Position numbers and translations under genes: made by a program. The notes under the pieces were generated by a model. It worked only from the letters and a program-made list of their open reading frames with translations. It ran no database searches and was not told the origin of the DNA. This document shows, piece after piece, positions 61,318 to 64,000 of a stretch of DNA of 64,000 nucleotides (the first letter of the stretch is position 1; the number at the start of each line of letters is the position of its first letter). The DNA lies in the IMG/VR virus record IMGVR_UViG_3300042303_000421, positions 1 to 64,000 of that record; one strand, given 5' to 3'. This stretch comes from a virus.

Positions 61318-61416
61318 TTAATTATGACATGAACAATTACATGTTTCAGGATGACAATTTCCACTGTTACATCTATGACAAGTATATGGACTGTTTATCA
61401 TATCTTTTCTTTTCAT
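61318..61416 (-). CDS. 32-aa Cys/His-rich peptide (not in ORF track)
   Basis: MKRKDMINSPYTCHRCNSGNCHPETCNCSCHN*; ATG one nt after upstream stop, ends just before terminator. Confidence 0.6.
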   Translation of the reverse strand: MKRKDMINSPYTCHRCNSGNCHPETCNCSCHN

Positions 61417-61417
61417 A

Positions 61418-61834
61418 TTAAATATATTTTTTTAAAATTTCACTAATTATATCTTTAGAGCCACTAATTGAACCTAAAACTATATCACTTTGAATTTCTG
61501 ATCTTTTAGGTAACATTTCATTTAATTGTTTTTCAACTTCTTTATCATACATTAACATAAGATTTTTTAAATCTGGTGTAAAATAATTAAATTTATCAAA
61601 AGGGTTTTTAATTTCTGTAGATAATAAATTAGCTTCTTGACCTAAAATTTTTAATTTTTCTTGAATTTCTTCATATCTTTTAGCTTTTTTCTTTAATTCA
61701 TCATAATTAATTGATTCTGCTACCATTGTACAAGTATCTTTATATACTTTACCTGTAATAATATGTTTTCTCAATTCAGACATTATTCTATTACAAATAA
61801 TATCTAATTGAATGTTTGTTAAGTTTTTACTCAT
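61418..61834 (-). CDS. Hypothetical helical protein
   Basis: 138-aa ORF in operon. Confidence 0.7.
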   Translation of the reverse strand: MSKNLTNIQLDIICNRIMSELRKHIITGKVYKDTCTMVAESINYDELKKKAKRYEEIQEKLKILGQEANLLSTEIKNPFDKFNYFTPDLKNLMLMYDKEVEKQLNEMLPKRSEIQSDIVLGSISGSKDIISEILKKYI

Positions 61835-61845
61835 TTATTTTATAT

Positions 61846-62544
61846 TTACATAAACATTCCTTTTCTCCAATCAATATTACTAAATACATTTGGTAGTTCT
61901 TTTTCAAGTTCTTCACCAATAGCTGTAGCAATATCTCTCACTTCTTTCTGTGCATGTTCATCACATCTAACATTAAGAAATCCTAATAAATCTCTTAATG
62001 TAGCTGTAATGTGTATTGTAGTTTTAGTACATAAAGGTAATATATCTCTAGCACATTCACGAGCTACACCTAGACTTATTAGTCCTTCATAAAGTTCTTG
62101 AATTTGTCTTAAAACACTATCAATAGCATCTTTAGGATAAAAATGACTTCCTGCACCATAAGCAGCATCAGACAACTTAATTGTATCAAATTCTTTATCA
62201 AAAATTATTTCTTCAGTACTACTTTGTCTATTAGTAGGATGTTCACGTCTTAATTCAATTTTTTCAAAACCTAATGGTTCTGCATATCTTAAAGACCATT
62301 CTTGACCATTTAAACTTCTATGTCTAAATATTTGTGCAGATATACTACGTCTAGTTTCTATTTTAAATCCAAATGAAATATGTTGTAATGGACTCCAATG
62401 TGCATGATCCATTAAATACTTAACAAGTTTACCATTATCTTCTTTTACAGTACCATGACGTGCAATAGCAGCTATAATTTCTTCATTATTTAATTCACCA
62501 TATGAATTAACTCCTACTGTTTTACTTATTAATTCTACTTTCAT
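61846..62544 (-). CDS. thyX: FAD-dependent thymidylate synthase
   Basis: HWSP, Q..RHRS.....S.RY, GVARE.AR..LP, R...HAQ.E.R. Confidence 0.92.
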   Translation of the reverse strand: MKVELISKTVGVNSYGELNNEEIIAAIARHGTVKEDNGKLVKYLMDHAHWSPLQHISFGFKIETRRSISAQIFRHRSLNGQEWSLRYAEPLGFEKIELRREHPTNRQSSTEEIIFDKEFDTIKLSDAAYGAGSHFYPKDAIDSVLRQIQELYEGLISLGVARECARDILPLCTKTTIHITATLRDLLGFLNVRCDEHAQKEVRDIATAIGEELEKELPNVFSNIDWRKGMFM

Positions 62545-62710
62545 TCAATTTTTCTTTATGTTCTTTAATTTTTTGTTCTAACAATTCTAAATCAAATTGT
62601 ATTGGTCCATATTCACCCCAAGAATCATCAAATATTACAAAATTATTTTCTAATTTTAAATATGCTATTCTCTCCCATTGTGCAGAACCTTCAAAAACTT
62701 TAGTTGTCAT
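62522..62710 (-). CDS. Hypothetical small protein
   Basis: 62-aa ORF in operon. Confidence 0.6.
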   Translation of the reverse strand: MTTKVFEGSAQWERIAYLKLENNFVIFDDSWGEYGPIQFDLELLEQKIKEHKEKLNESRINK

Positions 62711-62712
62711 AA

Positions 62713-63507
62713 TTATCTTCCTTTAAATTCTGGATATAAAGTTTTACCATCATCTGATTGCCAAACTTCTTTAGTATCTACATCCATTATTGTTACAAAT
62801 CCATTCCAACCACCACCAGTATCTAAATTCCAGATATTAGCAGCTTTCATAGGTTTATCTTCTTTCCAAAATTGTGTAGAAGTATGACCTATAAATACTT
62901 CACTAAAATTATCAGACATTTTAAATGATGGTTTTTTTTCTAACATTCCATTTCCCATTGATTCCCAAGATAAAGCTTGTGACCATAAATCTCTATCCCA
63001 CATTAATACATCTTCATTATTATGTATAGGATCTTCAATACTAAAATGTCTATTAAATCCGCCATGTACAAATAATCTGTTTTGATTATCAACATAATGT
63101 GATAATTGAGATTGAAAAAATATTTTATGTGTAATAGGTAAATGTGCAGAAGTTAGTCTAACTCTAGCGTGACCAGTTGAATAATCATATAAAAAGAAAT
63201 CTTCTTTACTAATTAAATTTTTAATATATGATTCGCCTGTAGCTTTAGCACCTTGTTGCCATTGTGCAGGATGTGTACCACGCATTATCCAATATAACCA
63301 CCAATCATCATGATTACCACGAATAGGAATTAAATTTTTTATTTTAAGTAATTCTTCAACTACTTCATAACTTTGACTATGACCATCTACAACATCTCCA
63401 AGAGATATTAATGTATCATTATCATAATCAAAATTACATCGTTCTAAGGTTTGTTTAAAGCCTTTAAAATTGCCGTGCAAATCACCAACCACTAATGTTC
63501 TACTCAT
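62713..63507 (-). CDS. Metallophosphoesterase (lambda phosphatase/ApaH-like)
   Basis: GDLHG, GDVVD, GNHD, HGG, W.R, GHT, LDTG. Confidence 0.9.
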   Translation of the reverse strand: MSRTLVVGDLHGNFKGFKQTLERCNFDYDNDTLISLGDVVDGHSQSYEVVEELLKIKNLIPIRGNHDDWWLYWIMRGTHPAQWQQGAKATGESYIKNLISKEDFFLYDYSTGHARVRLTSAHLPITHKIFFQSQLSHYVDNQNRLFVHGGFNRHFSIEDPIHNNEDVLMWDRDLWSQALSWESMGNGMLEKKPSFKMSDNFSEVFIGHTSTQFWKEDKPMKAANIWNLDTGGGWNGFVTIMDVDTKEVWQSDDGKTLYPEFKGR

Positions 63508-63992
63508 AATAATTCTTCTAATAATTTTGGTTTATAATCTATAACTTCAGCAGACACGTTAATATAACGTTTATCTGGTAAAGTATTTTCATGTACATGA
63601 CCGTGAATATTAATATTAAATCTATATTCTAATTCACAAGGATGAATAGGAGCATGACTTAATATAATATTACCATATTGTTTATGTTTTAAATATTTCA
63701 TTGCTGCAACATTATTAACATATTTTAATAATTCTGGTACATGTTGAGGTTCATCATGATTACCAAGAATAACTTTTTTAATACCATTTAATTCATTTAA
63801 CCAATAATATTGTGTAGCTTTTTCCATAGTGATGTCACCTAATATATAAGTGACATCTTTTTTACTAACTATAGAATTCCATTGCTTTACAATATGTTTA
63901 TTCATTTTTTCTTCATCTTTAAATCCACGTCTTATAGCCATATTTCTATGTCCAAAATGTGGATCTGAATAATATCTAACTACTGATGACAT
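63504..63992 (-). CDS. Calcineurin-like metallophosphoesterase
   Basis: SDPHFGH, LGDI, GNHD, SHAP, HGHVH, INV. Confidence 0.9.
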   Translation of the reverse strand: MSSVVRYYSDPHFGHRNMAIRRGFKDEEKMNKHIVKQWNSIVSKKDVTYILGDITMEKATQYYWLNELNGIKKVILGNHDEPQHVPELLKYVNNVAAMKYLKHKQYGNIILSHAPIHPCELEYRFNINIHGHVHENTLPDKRYINVSAEVIDYKPKLLEELL

Positions 63993-64000
63993 TTTGTTCA

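Noticed and set aside
1-64000. Stop-codon reassignment as in some crAss-like phages
   Set aside because: Genes are full length under the standard code, TAG and TGA both end genes, and the only tRNA seen is Glu

Overview
AT-rich segment of a crAss-like (Crassvirales-type) podophage genome. The host is most likely a Bacteroidota (Flavobacteriaceae-like) bacterium, because seven plus-strand promoters match the Bacteroidota TTTG-N20-TAnnTTTG consensus. The standard genetic code appears to be used. Left arm (1-4122, minus): small membrane/lipoprotein genes, a tRNA-Glu(TTC), and a dense run of non-coding units each closed by a terminal inverted repeat. After a strand switch at about 4.2 kb the plus strand carries a structured leader plus nuclease, small genes, PhoH, GroES/GroEL, terminase, portal, scaffold, major capsid, tail/fibre genes, a lysis cassette with a unimolecular-spanin-like gene, tail tube/muzzle, ejection proteins, a 2660-aa virion RNA polymerase (DFDVD) with appended accessory domains, and a 1841-aa zincin-containing protein. 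A bidirectional terminator at 61.3 kb separates these from a minus-strand metabolic block (ThyX, two metallophosphoesterases). Best leads: an array of stem-closed ncRNA units in the left arm; an AGCTATTAG box exactly 68 nt upstream of the -7 element at three promoters; a ~290-nt structured RNA preceding a nuclease gene; nested SLOG/macro-like cassettes on the virion RNAP; and an unannotated Cys/His-rich 32-aa peptide. All family assignments come from motif recognition by eye, not from database searches.
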